From Acidobacteria bacterium UBA2990 (GTDB lineage Bacteria; Acidobacteriota; Vicinamibacteria; Vicinamibacterales; UBA8438): DNA of 64,000 bases. Each line of letters opens with the position of its first letter. The stretch's first letter is position 1. The translations under genes and the position numbers were made by a program. The DNA is taken from assembly GCA_002347025.1 (NCBI GenBank), contig DEAE01000032.1, positions 27,041 through 91,040 of the forward strand, in the 5' to 3' direction. The notes beneath the pieces were generated by a model. The model made no database searches. It had not been told where the DNA came from and saw nothing but the letters and a program-made list of their open reading frames with translations. This document shows, in pieces, positions 46,752 through 56,972 of this stretch.

Positions 46752-48674
46752 TTAGGCTACTGCCTGGGCGAGAGCAGCCAGATCGATGTTGATAGTGATT
46801 CTTGACTTGGCGTTCTCCATGTAGGCTGCATAGAATTGGCTTTGTCTATCCAGAAGAATCTCACGCCGCAACTGTTCACGATTGGCACGGAAGTCAGCCT
46901 GATCGGCTTCAGAGCGTTCATGCACATGGACGATCACGGCGGAATTCCCAGTCAATACTGGTTCACTGGTTTCACCGGTATCAAGGGAAAAAGCTAGTTC
47001 TTCAATTTCAACATTCAAGCCAACACCAGGAATCGACGTACCCCTGGTTATTAAGTCGCTGTTGTTGACTTCTAGGGCCCCGGCTTCGGCTGTTTCGACA
47101 AAGTCATCAACGCTCTGAAGTCGAGAGGAAGCGGCTGCAGCCTCCTCCTGTGCTGCGACAAATGCCTTGCGGCGAATGACGTCGTCTCGAACGCGGTCCT
47201 CAACCTCCTCAAGTGGTGGGACGTAAGGGGGCTCAATTCCAGTGACTGTCACGAACGCCGGACCACTCGGCGTTTGGATAGGGCCAGCAACCTGACCTTC
47301 ACTAAGTTCAAATGCCTGGGTTGTTACCTCGGTAGAGAAGCCAAGCCCGAGAATAGGTTCACCGAGTGCAGCAAAGCCACTTTCTTGTACTTCAAGGCCT
47401 CGACGTGCAGCGGCGGCATCAAGATCGGCAGCTTCATTGATCTCTGCAGCCATCGCTGTAGCTAGTGCACTGGCTCTTGCCTCAGCGTTTTCTTGGCTCA
47501 ATAAGTCACTGATGCTCTCGCGAACCTCATCGAGCTGTTGTGTGGTGCCGCCGATCTTCTCGGTCGCCTTGATAATGTGGATCCCAAACATGCTTGTGAC
47601 TGGGTCACTGATCTCGTCTTGGGCTAATGCGAAGGCTGCTCCCTCGAATTCAGGCACCATTTGACCAGGCGTTATTTGGCCGAGGTCTCCGCCAGCGTCT
47701 TTTGTCGCATCGTCTTCTGAGTACCGCCGTGCCAGGTCTGAAAAATCAGCGCCGTCTCTGGCCTCATTAACTATCGTTTGAGCCTGCTCTTGCACATCAG
47801 CTTCCTCCTTACCTGCGGTACGGAGAAGGATGTGGCTGGCACGCAATGTGACCGGATCGGAGTAACGGTCCTGGTTGTTGTCGTAATAGGCCTGTATGTT
47901 GACGTCACTTGGGGTGAATGACTCTTTCAATTCTGGGATGTTGATCAATGCAAATCGTAACCGTCGCTTCTCAGGGACGAGGTAATCAGTCGAGTTTTGT
48001 TCAAAGAGGGAAGCGACGTCATCTTCAGTAGCCTCTAGTCCTTCACGAAAGTCGTCGGCCCTGAATGTTATGGTGCTCAGACGTACCTGCTCGTTCCGAC
48101 GAGTGTGTTCCTGTTCCAATTCTTTGTCCGTGACCGTTATCCAGCTCGTCAATGCCGATTCCAGTCTTTGCAGCATAAGTGAACGCCGTACGGTGTCCTC
48201 GAACTCGCCTGCGGTCATAGGCGGTCTTTGCATGCGCAGCATCTGGATATAAGCGTCCTCACCGATGAACTGTCCGTTCTGCTGGAAAGCAGGGATCGAT
48301 ACTATGGTTTCACGGATTTCAGCATCGCTGATGGTTACACCAAGGCGGGTAGCTTCTTGTAGTGCAGCATATTCGTCGATCATCTGCTGCAAGAGCTGCC
48401 GGTCAATCCCCATGGATTGCAGGATCTCAGCTGTGATCTGGCCTCCAGATTGAGCTTGATAGTTCTGTAATTGTTGCCGATACAGAGTCTGAAATTCACC
48501 GATGGTAATGTTTTGGTCGCCTACCTCGGCCAGAACATCGTCCAGGCCTCCTACGACCGTTGGTACGGGTTGGACGAGGGCCGGGACATAGAGAAAGACG
48601 AAGGCTAGTACGACTAGCCCGAGGCTCCACTTCAACCAGCCTTTATGCCGGCGCATGCGATCGAGCATCGTCAT
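46752..48674 (-). CDS. ppiD: PpiD-like periplasmic chaperone / parvulin PPIase
   Basis: The N-terminus 'MLDRMRRHKGWLKWSLGLVVLAFVFLYV' is PpiD-type. The parvulin core 'RASHILL...FGIHIIK' is present. Confidence 0.8.
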   Translation of the reverse strand: MTMLDRMRRHKGWLKWSLGLVVLAFVFLYVPALVQPVPTVVGGLDDVLAEVGDQNITIGEFQTLYRQQLQNYQAQSGGQITAEILQSMGIDRQLLQQMIDEYAALQEATRLGVTISDAEIRETIVSIPAFQQNGQFIGEDAYIQMLRMQRPPMTAGEFEDTVRRSLMLQRLESALTSWITVTDKELEQEHTRRNEQVRLSTITFRADDFREGLEATEDDVASLFEQNSTDYLVPEKRRLRFALINIPELKESFTPSDVNIQAYYDNNQDRYSDPVTLRASHILLRTAGKEEADVQEQAQTIVNEARDGADFSDLARRYSEDDATKDAGGDLGQITPGQMVPEFEGAAFALAQDEISDPVTSMFGIHIIKATEKIGGTTQQLDEVRESISDLLSQENAEARASALATAMAAEINEAADLDAAAARRGLEVQESGFAALGEPILGLGFSTEVTTQAFELSEGQVAGPIQTPSGPAFVTVTGIEPPYVPPLEEVEDRVRDDVIRRKAFVAAQEEAAAASSRLQSVDDFVETAEAGALEVNNSDLITRGTSIPGVGLNVEIEELAFSLDTGETSEPVLTGNSAVIVHVHERSEADQADFRANREQLRREILLDRQSQFYAAYMENAKSRITINIDLAALAQAVA

Positions 48675-49579
48675 CGTTTCGTCTACTCCATTTGGGGGTT
48701 GAGTTAACCGGTCGTCCGGCCACCGTGCGGTACGACCTTTGCTCAGTGGAGCAAGGGTCTCATATGTGGGTCGATCCTCTTGCTCATCTTTAGGTTATTC
48801 TATGCTGTAGGGCCGCCTGCTAGCAAGGCGTTTGCTTATTGTTGCTAAGCCCAAGCGCCCTTCGGAAGGGCCGCATTTAGAGGGGGAGTCAGGGCAAGCG
48901 ATTTCTCCCAATGGGTTATAATTCTGGTATCAGTAACGACTTAGCCTGACTCTTGGGTCTTTTGGGCTGCTTTGTGGTTTCTTCTTCAATGTGGCTGCCG
49001 TTGAGCCTTGAGACGTGATGTCGCTAACTCCGCTCCAACCGGGTGAAGACCGGGTATGGTTTCCAGCAGCGGTCGAAAAATATCGGTAGTTTAGGTTTAG
49101 GACGAGGAGCAGTGCTCCATTACCGTATCCGCATTGTGAGTGCGGTGTCCAAGCCGAGAATGGTTGATAAATGATCGACGCCGGGGATGTTGTCCAGAGT
49201 TTGGGGTTCCTCGCTTCTTGTTCGGCATATAGATTTCTACGTTTCAGGCAGAGGGTTTTCGGCGGGTGTGGCTCTTGAGTAAGCCTGGGTATCCTCCTAG
49301 GAAGAGGGGGCTGCGCGGGAGGTGAGATGTGAATATGTGGTTCCCTCTAAACTAGGTGCGGAGCGTTAGTATTCAGTTGTCCTCTTGGAGTGCGAATAAT
49401 GAGGGCTCTCGATTGCCACCAGTTCAGTAATCTGGTACATGATGAGGCCGCCGGATTATTGATACTGCCGAGCTCATGGCTGTTTTCTGTTGAAGAGGTA
49501 GAAGTTGGTTCTAGTTGGCGTGAGGTCGGGCGTGCATGTGGTGATGCTGGTTTCGACTGGCTAGGGAGGGTGGTTTCTG

Positions 49580-50605
49580 TTGAGTCTCGGTTCGCTGTTC
49601 GCATTATTTTCAAGTGATCTGGCTATTGATCTTGGAACGGCCAATACGTGTGTGTACGCTCGGGGCAAGGGCATTGTTATCAATGAACCGTCTATCGTTG
49701 CGATCAACCAAGTGACCGGTAAGCCTGAGGCTGTTGGTCGCCAAGCAAAAGAGATGCTGGGCCGGACCCCTGGCAATATCGTTGCTATTAAGCCAATGAA
49801 GGATGGAGTGATTGCTGACTTTGAGATTACGGAGAAGATGCTCAATTACTTCATCAAGAAGGCGCATAATCGGAACCTGTTACTTCGGCCCCGGATCGTT
49901 ATCGGGGTGCCGTCTGAAATTACACAGGTTGAGAAGCGTGCTGTGAAGGATAGCGCTAACGGGGCTGGGGCTAGCGAGGTGCACCTTGTCGAAGAAGCGA
50001 TGGCTGCAGCCATAGGTGCCAACATGCCAATTAGTGAGCCTGGTGGCAATATGATCGTGGACATCGGCGGGGGCACTACTGACATAGCGATTATTTCACT
50101 GAACGGAATTGTCTACAGTAAAGCTGTCCGTGTGGCCGGCAATGAGATGGATGAAGCGATCATTCAGTTCATTAAGAAGAATTACAATTTGCTGATTGGC
50201 GAGCGCACTGCCGAGGGCATCAAAATGAAGGTGGGTTCGGCCTATGCTTTGGAAGGTCGGATAACGATGGAGATCAAGGGGCGTCATCTCATCGAGGGTG
50301 TGCCCAAGACAATCACGATAAATGATGAAGAAATCCGCGAGGCGCTGGCCGACACGGTGAACGTGATCGTTGACGCGGTTCGAGTTGCACTGGAACGAAC
50401 TCCCCCTGAATTGTCAGCCGATATAGTAGACCGCGGAATTGTGCTGACCGGTGGCGGGGCGCTATTGAAGAATTTGGATAAGCGTTTACGTGACGAGACC
50501 GGCCTGCCCGTTGCGATGGCTGAAGACCCTTTGTCCTCAGTTGTGCTAGGGGTGGGTAACATGCTGTCTGAGTTCGATTTACTTCGGAAGATCTCTCTTG
50601 AATGA
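49580..50605 (+). CDS. mreB: rod shape-determining actin homologue MreB
   Basis: The TTG start lies 9 nt after AGGGAGGG. The motif 'DLAIDLGTANTCVY' is present, with full-length similarity to MreB. Confidence 0.92.
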   Translation: MSLGSLFALFSSDLAIDLGTANTCVYARGKGIVINEPSIVAINQVTGKPEAVGRQAKEMLGRTPGNIVAIKPMKDGVIADFEITEKMLNYFIKKAHNRNLLLRPRIVIGVPSEITQVEKRAVKDSANGAGASEVHLVEEAMAAAIGANMPISEPGGNMIVDIGGGTTDIAIISLNGIVYSKAVRVAGNEMDEAIIQFIKKNYNLLIGERTAEGIKMKVGSAYALEGRITMEIKGRHLIEGVPKTITINDEEIREALADTVNVIVDAVRVALERTPPELSADIVDRGIVLTGGGALLKNLDKRLRDETGLPVAMAEDPLSSVVLGVGNMLSEFDLLRKISLE

Positions 50606-50606
50606 C

Positions 50607-51440
50607 ATGAGGCGTCACACGGGTGCACTGCTCTTAGCCGTGGTATGTGGTCATGTCGTCTTGCTCTCAGTGCAAATTAACACTGATTCGGGTGTCCCCA
50701 TCGCTGAGGGTGTCACATTTGGTTTGTTCTCCACGGTTCAGAGGCTTACAACTACTGCTGTGGGTTCGGTGGCAGGGCTCTGGGATGGTTACGTAGGTCT
50801 GCGGTCGGTTCAGGTCGAGAACGACGGGCTGCGACGGGATGTGGCAGAGTTGCAGTTCCGTTTGCAGAAGGAACGAGCTTCGGCGCAAAGCGCTAGAAGT
50901 CTAGAAGCTCTGCTTGGTCTACGACGAGCCATTGAGGAATCAACGGTCAGCGCGCGGGTCATTGCGGGTGATGCCGTGCCATATTTCAGGACAGTGACGA
51001 TTGATCGTGGGCAGGGTAGTGGCGTTCGACGGGATCTAGCCGTGATATCTCCGGATGGAGTGGTTGGCCGGGTGGTCGGTAACCCAGGTCAGCGGGCAGC
51101 CAAGGTTCAGTTGTTGGTAGACCGGAATGCTGCTGCCGGTGCGCTGATTGAGAGGACACGGGTTGCTGGTCTGGTCGTTGGTGATCCCGGTGATGGCGTG
51201 CTTGGGATGGCGTACGTGTCAGAATTCGAGGATGTTCGAGTCGGAGACGTTGTTGTCACTTCAGGAATAGACGGGATCTATCCTAAGGGCTTACCTATTG
51301 GTGACGTTGTACGGGTGAGTAGCGGGCAGGGCCTCTATCGAACGATTGAGATAACTCCAAGGGTGCAATTTAACGACCTTGAATATGTTCTAGTCATTGT
51401 GCCGGAGCAGGAGGTGGTTGTGCCAGCGGGTGGTGGATGA
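50607..51440 (+). CDS. mreC: rod shape-determining protein MreC
   Basis: It has an N-terminal TM helix, a coiled coil ('LRRDVAELQFRLQKE') and beta-barrel repeats. The alternative TTG 50598 overlaps the mreB stop. Confidence 0.8.
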   Translation: MRRHTGALLLAVVCGHVVLLSVQINTDSGVPIAEGVTFGLFSTVQRLTTTAVGSVAGLWDGYVGLRSVQVENDGLRRDVAELQFRLQKERASAQSARSLEALLGLRRAIEESTVSARVIAGDAVPYFRTVTIDRGQGSGVRRDLAVISPDGVVGRVVGNPGQRAAKVQLLVDRNAAAGALIERTRVAGLVVGDPGDGVLGMAYVSEFEDVRVGDVVVTSGIDGIYPKGLPIGDVVRVSSGQGLYRTIEITPRVQFNDLEYVLVIVPEQEVVVPAGGG

Positions 51441-51958
51441 GTGTTGCTTGGGTTTGGCTAGGTCTTGGTATAGCGCTTGTAATCCAGACGACGTTGGTGG
51501 CGATTTTTGCAGGGAATGGGGCACCGGTTGACTTGGTGCTGGTGGTGGTTATCGCGGTCGCGTTGTCAAAGGGGCCGGTGGTCGGCTTGTGGACTGGAAC
51601 GTCTGGTGGGTTGCTTCAAGATTTGTTGTCGGGTGGTTTGGTCGGAGTGGGAGGGCTGGCGAAGACGCTAGTAGGGTATTTTGCCGGGCAGTTCGGGACG
51701 CACTTTATGGTCGCGCGTCCCTGGGACCAGTTGTTGGTATTTTTTTTGGGGTCAGTAGTTCACTCAGGAATTTACATAGGGGTGGATAGCTTGTTGTCTG
51801 ATGCCGGCTATTTGAGTTCTTACAGGTCTGTGGTGATTCAGGCAATTGTCAATTCTTTAACTGGCATTGGTGTCGGGTTCGGAGTGCGGATCACGCCTTG
51901 GCTAATAGCTCGTCGGCGTCTTCGACGTAGGTTAAATAAGGTCGAGACCTTTGAATAG
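51437..51958 (+). CDS. mreD: rod shape-determining protein MreD
   Basis: The start overlaps the mreC stop (ATGA). The small 5-TM protein sits in the conserved position. Confidence 0.7.
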   Translation: MSVAWVWLGLGIALVIQTTLVAIFAGNGAPVDLVLVVVIAVALSKGPVVGLWTGTSGGLLQDLLSGGLVGVGGLAKTLVGYFAGQFGTHFMVARPWDQLLVFFLGSVVHSGIYIGVDSLLSDAGYLSSYRSVVIQAIVNSLTGIGVGFGVRITPWLIARRRLRRRLNKVETFE

Positions 51959-51967
51959 AACCAGAGA

Positions 51968-53869
51968 ATGAGGAAGCTCAGCAACATTGACACTAGTAGT
52001 GACTCAGGCGGTAAGCGAGGTCGGTCTGTGCTCGCTCTCACCGTGTTGAGGTCTACTGTTGTACTGGCGTTTATGGCACTTGTTGTTGCTTTTTGGTTAT
52101 TGCAGGTTGCGCAGCACGACAGGTATCTACAACTAGCCGAAAACAACCACCAAAGAACCGTTGCATTGACCGCGCCGCGTGGAACTGTCTTCGACAGAGA
52201 TGGCCGTGTGTTGGTCCAGAATCGCAGTTCTCTGAATATTTCGATTGCCCGCGAGCAGGTTGATGATCTTGATACTACCTTAAGGCAACTGGCCGAGGTT
52301 GCTGGTGTGACGTTGTCGGGATTGCAATCAATTGTGGAGAGGCACAGATTAGCTCCTGCTTATCGTCCTCTTGTGTTGATTCAGGATGCTTCTCTGGCAC
52401 AGGTAGCTGCCGTGTCAGCTCGATCTGTCGAATTGCCAGGGTTGTTTGTGCAGGAGCTACCGATTCGGTTTTATCCAGGCAATGAAGTTGCGGCACATTT
52501 GTTTGGCTACGTTGGTGAGGTTAGCGACGACCAATTAGAGCTTCCTGAGTTTAACGGGTTACGCAGTGGCGTGGCGGTAGGTAAGGCAGGGATTGAGCGA
52601 GCCTACAACCGGCTGTTGATGGGAGAAGACGGAACCCGTCGTGTTGTGGTTGATAGCATCGGGAGAGAGATCGAGACCATCGGTGAGCGGCCTCCTATGG
52701 AGGGACGGCAAATAAAACTTACTCTCGACTATGACCTTCAACAGGCTGCTGAAGCTGCATTTGAGGCGGCTGGTTTCAATGGTGCGGCTGTGGTACTTGA
52801 TCCACTTTCCGGGGAAATTCTGACGTTGGTCAGTCGACCAAGCTATGATCCAAATCTGTTCGCGCTTGGAATTGATGGTGATGCATGGACCGAGTTAAAT
52901 AGTGACAGGCACCGTCCATTGAATAATAGGGCTATCAGGGGCCGCTATTCACCTGGTTCGACGTTCAAGATTGTTATGGCAATTGCAGCGCTTGAGGAGG
53001 GCGTTGTGACGCCGGATTTTGAGGTGCCCTGTCATGGCGGGGGCACATTCTATGGGCGTCATTATCGCTGCCATGCGACCCATGGCACAGTTGGCATGCG
53101 TGAAGCGCTTGAGCAGTCGTGTAACACTTATTTCTATTCGCTCGGGGAGAAGCTTAAAATCGACCAGATTCATAAGTGGGCTACGGCCCTGGGATTAGGG
53201 GGAGTCACTGGAGTGGATTTGCCCTATGAGGTGGGGAGTCTTGTTCCGTCTACAACTTGGAAGAGCGAGCGGTGGGGGGAGCCATGGTACCCAGGCGAAA
53301 CAATTTCCGTAGCGATTGGACAAGGACCCGTGTCTGTGACACCTATCTCTTTGGCTGTAATGATGGCTGCGGTTGCGAATGGTGGGACGCGTGTAACACC
53401 CTATTTGTTGGAAGCTGTAGACGAAGGTGAGGGATTTTTGCCAGTTCCTCGGCCTGTGCCGAAGTCGCGAGTAAAGCTGGATCCAGTGACTTTAGAGACA
53501 GTGACCGAAGGACTTTGGTATGTTGTTAACCGGGCAGGAACCGGGCGGCGGGCTCGTTTGGTTGGTCGAGACGTAATAGGAAAGACCGGGACCGCTCAGG
53601 TTATTTCGCTACAAGGTCGCCTGGCCGCCGTTGACAGTAGTCGTGATTTACGCGATCACGGCTGGTTCGTGTTCGCAGTGCCGGCCGGGAAACCTGAGTT
53701 GGCCGGTGTGGTGTTCGGTGAGCATAACGAGCACGGTTATTTGTCGGCACCGATAGCTAGACATATTATGGAGACGTATTTTGCAAAGAAGGATGGGCGC
53801 CCTCTTCCCGTCCCCGGGTTACCGGAAGAACGCAGCTCGAATCGGCTGTTTGAGACTGCGAACCAATAA
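51968..53869 (+). CDS. mrdA: penicillin-binding protein 2 (elongasome transpeptidase)
   Basis: Motifs seen: 'GSTFKIV' (SxxK), 'QSCNTYF' (SxN), 'IGKTGTAQV' (KTG). Confidence 0.9.
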   Translation: MRKLSNIDTSSDSGGKRGRSVLALTVLRSTVVLAFMALVVAFWLLQVAQHDRYLQLAENNHQRTVALTAPRGTVFDRDGRVLVQNRSSLNISIAREQVDDLDTTLRQLAEVAGVTLSGLQSIVERHRLAPAYRPLVLIQDASLAQVAAVSARSVELPGLFVQELPIRFYPGNEVAAHLFGYVGEVSDDQLELPEFNGLRSGVAVGKAGIERAYNRLLMGEDGTRRVVVDSIGREIETIGERPPMEGRQIKLTLDYDLQQAAEAAFEAAGFNGAAVVLDPLSGEILTLVSRPSYDPNLFALGIDGDAWTELNSDRHRPLNNRAIRGRYSPGSTFKIVMAIAALEEGVVTPDFEVPCHGGGTFYGRHYRCHATHGTVGMREALEQSCNTYFYSLGEKLKIDQIHKWATALGLGGVTGVDLPYEVGSLVPSTTWKSERWGEPWYPGETISVAIGQGPVSVTPISLAVMMAAVANGGTRVTPYLLEAVDEGEGFLPVPRPVPKSRVKLDPVTLETVTEGLWYVVNRAGTGRRARLVGRDVIGKTGTAQVISLQGRLAAVDSSRDLRDHGWFVFAVPAGKPELAGVVFGEHNEHGYLSAPIARHIMETYFAKKDGRPLPVPGLPEERSSNRLFETANQ

Positions 53870-53890
53870 GCCTAAGTTCATGATGGTTCG

Positions 53891-54991
53891 ATGCTAGAGC
53901 AGCGCCTCTATAGGCACATCGATTGGCCATTGCTGTTAGCATTGCTGATCCTGTGTGTTATCGGCCTTACTATGATCTACAGTACTACCTACGATCCCCT
54001 GGAGGTTGGGGTCAGCCCATTGGTGTTTACGCAGGCTTGTGCGTTGTTAATCGGCATGCTTGGTTTGGGTGCGGTGATTTGGGTCGACTATCGCTGGGTT
54101 GCAGATTCGGTACCGACGATCTTTGTTGGGTTGGTCGCAGCGGTTGGTTATGCACTGTGGTTTGGCACGAGCGGCGGCGGTGCGAATCGATGGATTAATT
54201 TGGGAATATTCAACTTGCAGCCGTCAGAATTTGCTCGAACGGTAGTGGCCTTGGCGCTCGCGGCGTTGTTCTCGCAGTGGCAACGAGGCCCTCAAACGGT
54301 AATGGGATGGTTGTGGACGGGATTGATAATTGGGCTCCCTTTCATGCTGATAGCACAGCAGCCTGATCTTGGAACAGCGGTGACTCTCCTACCTGTTGCA
54401 TTCGCCATTTTGGTGTTCGCCGGATTGCCTTTGCGCTACGTCAGCATCTTAGTTGCTGTGGGTATCATGATTACGCCGGTGGCTTGGACTTACGGACTGG
54501 AGGATTACCAACGTCAGCGGATTGCTAGCTTTTTGAACCCTGAACAGGACGCTCGTGGTGCTGGGTATCAGCAGATTCAGGCACGGATTACGGTCGGATC
54601 TGGAGGGGCCTTGGGGAAGGGGTTTCTTGAAGGGACTCAGAGCCGTTACAACTTTTTGCCTGTTGCCCACAATGATTTCATTTTTTCAGTGCTAGCTGAG
54701 GAGCTGGGTTTTCTTGGAGTAGTTGTAACTTTGAGTCTGTATTTGTTCGTTATTTTGAGGGGGCTCGACGCAGCAAGACTAGCGAAAGACCGTTTGGGTC
54801 GTTATCTGGTTGTTGGAATAATGGCTGGATTTTCGTTTCAGGTGATCTACAACGTTGCGATGTCAGCGGGACTGGCACCGGTTAAAGGTCTGACATTGCC
54901 GCTGTTGAGTTATGGCGGGTCATCTGCTATCGCGACGCTCGTGGCATTTGGTCTTGTGCTTAACGTAAGAATGCGTAGATTTACGAACTAG
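53891..54991 (+). CDS. rodA: SEDS peptidoglycan polymerase RodA
   Basis: This is an FtsW/RodA/SpoVE-type 10-TM protein. Motifs 'QPSEFA', 'QPDLGTA' and 'LPLLSYGGSS' are present. Confidence 0.9.
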   Translation: MLEQRLYRHIDWPLLLALLILCVIGLTMIYSTTYDPLEVGVSPLVFTQACALLIGMLGLGAVIWVDYRWVADSVPTIFVGLVAAVGYALWFGTSGGGANRWINLGIFNLQPSEFARTVVALALAALFSQWQRGPQTVMGWLWTGLIIGLPFMLIAQQPDLGTAVTLLPVAFAILVFAGLPLRYVSILVAVGIMITPVAWTYGLEDYQRQRIASFLNPEQDARGAGYQQIQARITVGSGGALGKGFLEGTQSRYNFLPVAHNDFIFSVLAEELGFLGVVVTLSLYLFVILRGLDAARLAKDRLGRYLVVGIMAGFSFQVIYNVAMSAGLAPVKGLTLPLLSYGGSSAIATLVAFGLVLNVRMRRFTN

Positions 54992-55269
54992 GGTCGGTTT
55001 GCTTCATGCGCTCGCTCTGCGTTGTTGTGGTGCAGCGTATAACCGTAAGGAGAAGCAGATCGGTAAGGATTCACATGCCGGCCGGAATGGTGCAGTTTTC
55101 ACCCATGGGTCGGAACGGCAGAGGTCGAGGTGACCGATGAGTATGGCTTATCCTCTTCATGTGTTTTTCGCACTGACGCACTTGTGGGATGTGCGCTACA
55201 TGGAGGTACAGGTCAACTCTACAAGCGGCGCCAAATATCGACCGCCTGGCCGTAGTTGGAGTGATATTG

Positions 55270-56862
55270 ATGAACAAGGAGATGATCATCTCCGCCAGTG
55301 GCCACGAAACGATGGTTGCTATTCTCGAGGATGATGCTGTTGTCGAGATTTTTGTCGAACGTGATAAGTCCCGCGGAGTAGCTGGGAATATCTACAAGGG
55401 GCGGGTGTCGAAGGTGCTGCCGGGTATGCAGGCTGCCTTTGTAGATTTGGGCCTTGAGCGAGACGGCTTTCTGTATGTTTCTGATGTCATTGACCCTGTA
55501 GGGACAATGGATGGTTTTGATTCCAGTGATCCAGATGTCGATGATGAGGTTGCTGTTAGCGAAACTGCTGATACTGCCAATGTAGGGAGTAGTGATGGTG
55601 GTCGGAGCCGAGGGCGTGGACGAGGACGTGAACGCAATGGTCCTGAGCAGCAAATCGACAAGCTCTTGACTGCGGGTCAAGAAATCGTGGTTCAGGTTGT
55701 TAAGGAACCACTCGGAACAAAGGGAGCTCGCATTACATCCCATGCATCAATTCCTGGGCGTTTCTTGGTTTTTATGCCGACGGTAGAACATATCGGAGTG
55801 TCTAGAAAGATCGTCTCTCGGGAGCAAAGGAGTAGGCTTCGTCGAATTGTCCGAGAGTTTCGCGATGAGCACGAGATGCCGGGTGGAGTGATCATCCGTA
55901 CTGCTGCCGCAGACCGTCCAGAGGACGATATTGTCAGCGACCTGACGTATTTCCATGAGTTGTGGACCGAAACTCTAAAGAAGAGTGAAACAGAACCAGC
56001 CCCTGCCGTAATCCATAGGGAAGAAAGCCTTGTTGCCAAGTTGCTGCGGGACTTGCTGACTGAAGATTTTTCGTCCATTCGAATCGATCATCGGGGAGAG
56101 TATCGTAAAGCGGTCAAGTTGGTGCAGCGAATCATGCCGGACCTTGTGGCTCGTATACACCACTATGACAAGGCATTTCCTATTTTCGAGGAATATGGAG
56201 TTCAGTCTGAAATAGACAAAGCCCTGCGGAGTAAGGTTTGGTTGAAATCTGGCGGTTATCTTGTCATCAACCAGACTGAGGCACTGGTCGCGATTGATGT
56301 CAATACTGGGCGTTATGTCGGAAAGCGAACCGGACGCCTTGAAGATACTATCGTAAAGACTAATCTCGAAGCAGCTAAGGAGATCGTGAGACAGATTCGG
56401 CTTCGTGATCTTGGGGGAATTATCGTTCTTGACTTCATTGACATGGAGGAGCGTAAGAATCGCCAGAAGGTTTACCAAGCTTTCGAGCAGGAGATTCGCA
56501 GAGATCGGTCGCCTTCGAAAGCTGTGCAGGTTTCAGAGTTTGGATTGATTATCACAACTCGGAAGCGTGTTAAGCAAAGCCTTGAGCGGCAATTGACAGA
56601 CCCGTGCCCCTATTGTTCTGGAAGCGCGGTAGTTAAGTCCACCTCAACCATTTGTTCCGAGATCTTGTCAGAACTCCAGAAAGTCAGTGGCGATTTCAAT
56701 GGACACGAAGTGCAGCTTCGGGTGAATCCAGATGTTGCTCGCGCGTTAAAGTCTGAAGAACGTGGCATCCTTAGAGAAATAGAAAGAACACTCCACCGGT
56801 CTGTTACATTGCGACCTGATGCATTCCTTCATCATGAGCAGTTTGATCTGATGGCGATGTGA
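55270..56862 (+). CDS. rng: ribonuclease G/E-family endoribonuclease
   Basis: ATG 55270 begins 'MNKEMIISAS...'. Motifs seen: 'GNIYKGRVSKVLPGMQAAFVDLG', 'VQVVKEPLGTKGARIT', 'ALVAIDVNTG', 'GGIIVLDFIDM', 'CPYCSG'. Confidence 0.9.
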   Translation: MNKEMIISASGHETMVAILEDDAVVEIFVERDKSRGVAGNIYKGRVSKVLPGMQAAFVDLGLERDGFLYVSDVIDPVGTMDGFDSSDPDVDDEVAVSETADTANVGSSDGGRSRGRGRGRERNGPEQQIDKLLTAGQEIVVQVVKEPLGTKGARITSHASIPGRFLVFMPTVEHIGVSRKIVSREQRSRLRRIVREFRDEHEMPGGVIIRTAAADRPEDDIVSDLTYFHELWTETLKKSETEPAPAVIHREESLVAKLLRDLLTEDFSSIRIDHRGEYRKAVKLVQRIMPDLVARIHHYDKAFPIFEEYGVQSEIDKALRSKVWLKSGGYLVINQTEALVAIDVNTGRYVGKRTGRLEDTIVKTNLEAAKEIVRQIRLRDLGGIIVLDFIDMEERKNRQKVYQAFEQEIRRDRSPSKAVQVSEFGLIITTRKRVKQSLERQLTDPCPYCSGSAVVKSTSTICSEILSELQKVSGDFNGHEVQLRVNPDVARALKSEERGILREIERTLHRSVTLRPDAFLHHEQFDLMAM

Positions 56863-56972
56863 AGCTCACCTCGGATTACTCTGAGCTTTCGTGTAAGACT
56901 TTCCCATGGAACGAGGCCAAAGGTCAGCCTTTGCCAGAGGCTAGAGCCAGGTTTAGGGTGGCGTTAGTTGAT

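Noticed and set aside
49347-49617. Two mutually antisense ORFs (88 and 75 aa) just upstream of mreB
   Set aside because: They overlap each other almost completely and run into the mreB SD and start. There is no motif or SD, so I treated the stretch as part of the non-coding region.
55219-55743. 174-aa ORF antisense to the 5' part of rng
   Set aside because: It is a shadow ORF opposite a strongly supported RNase G gene.
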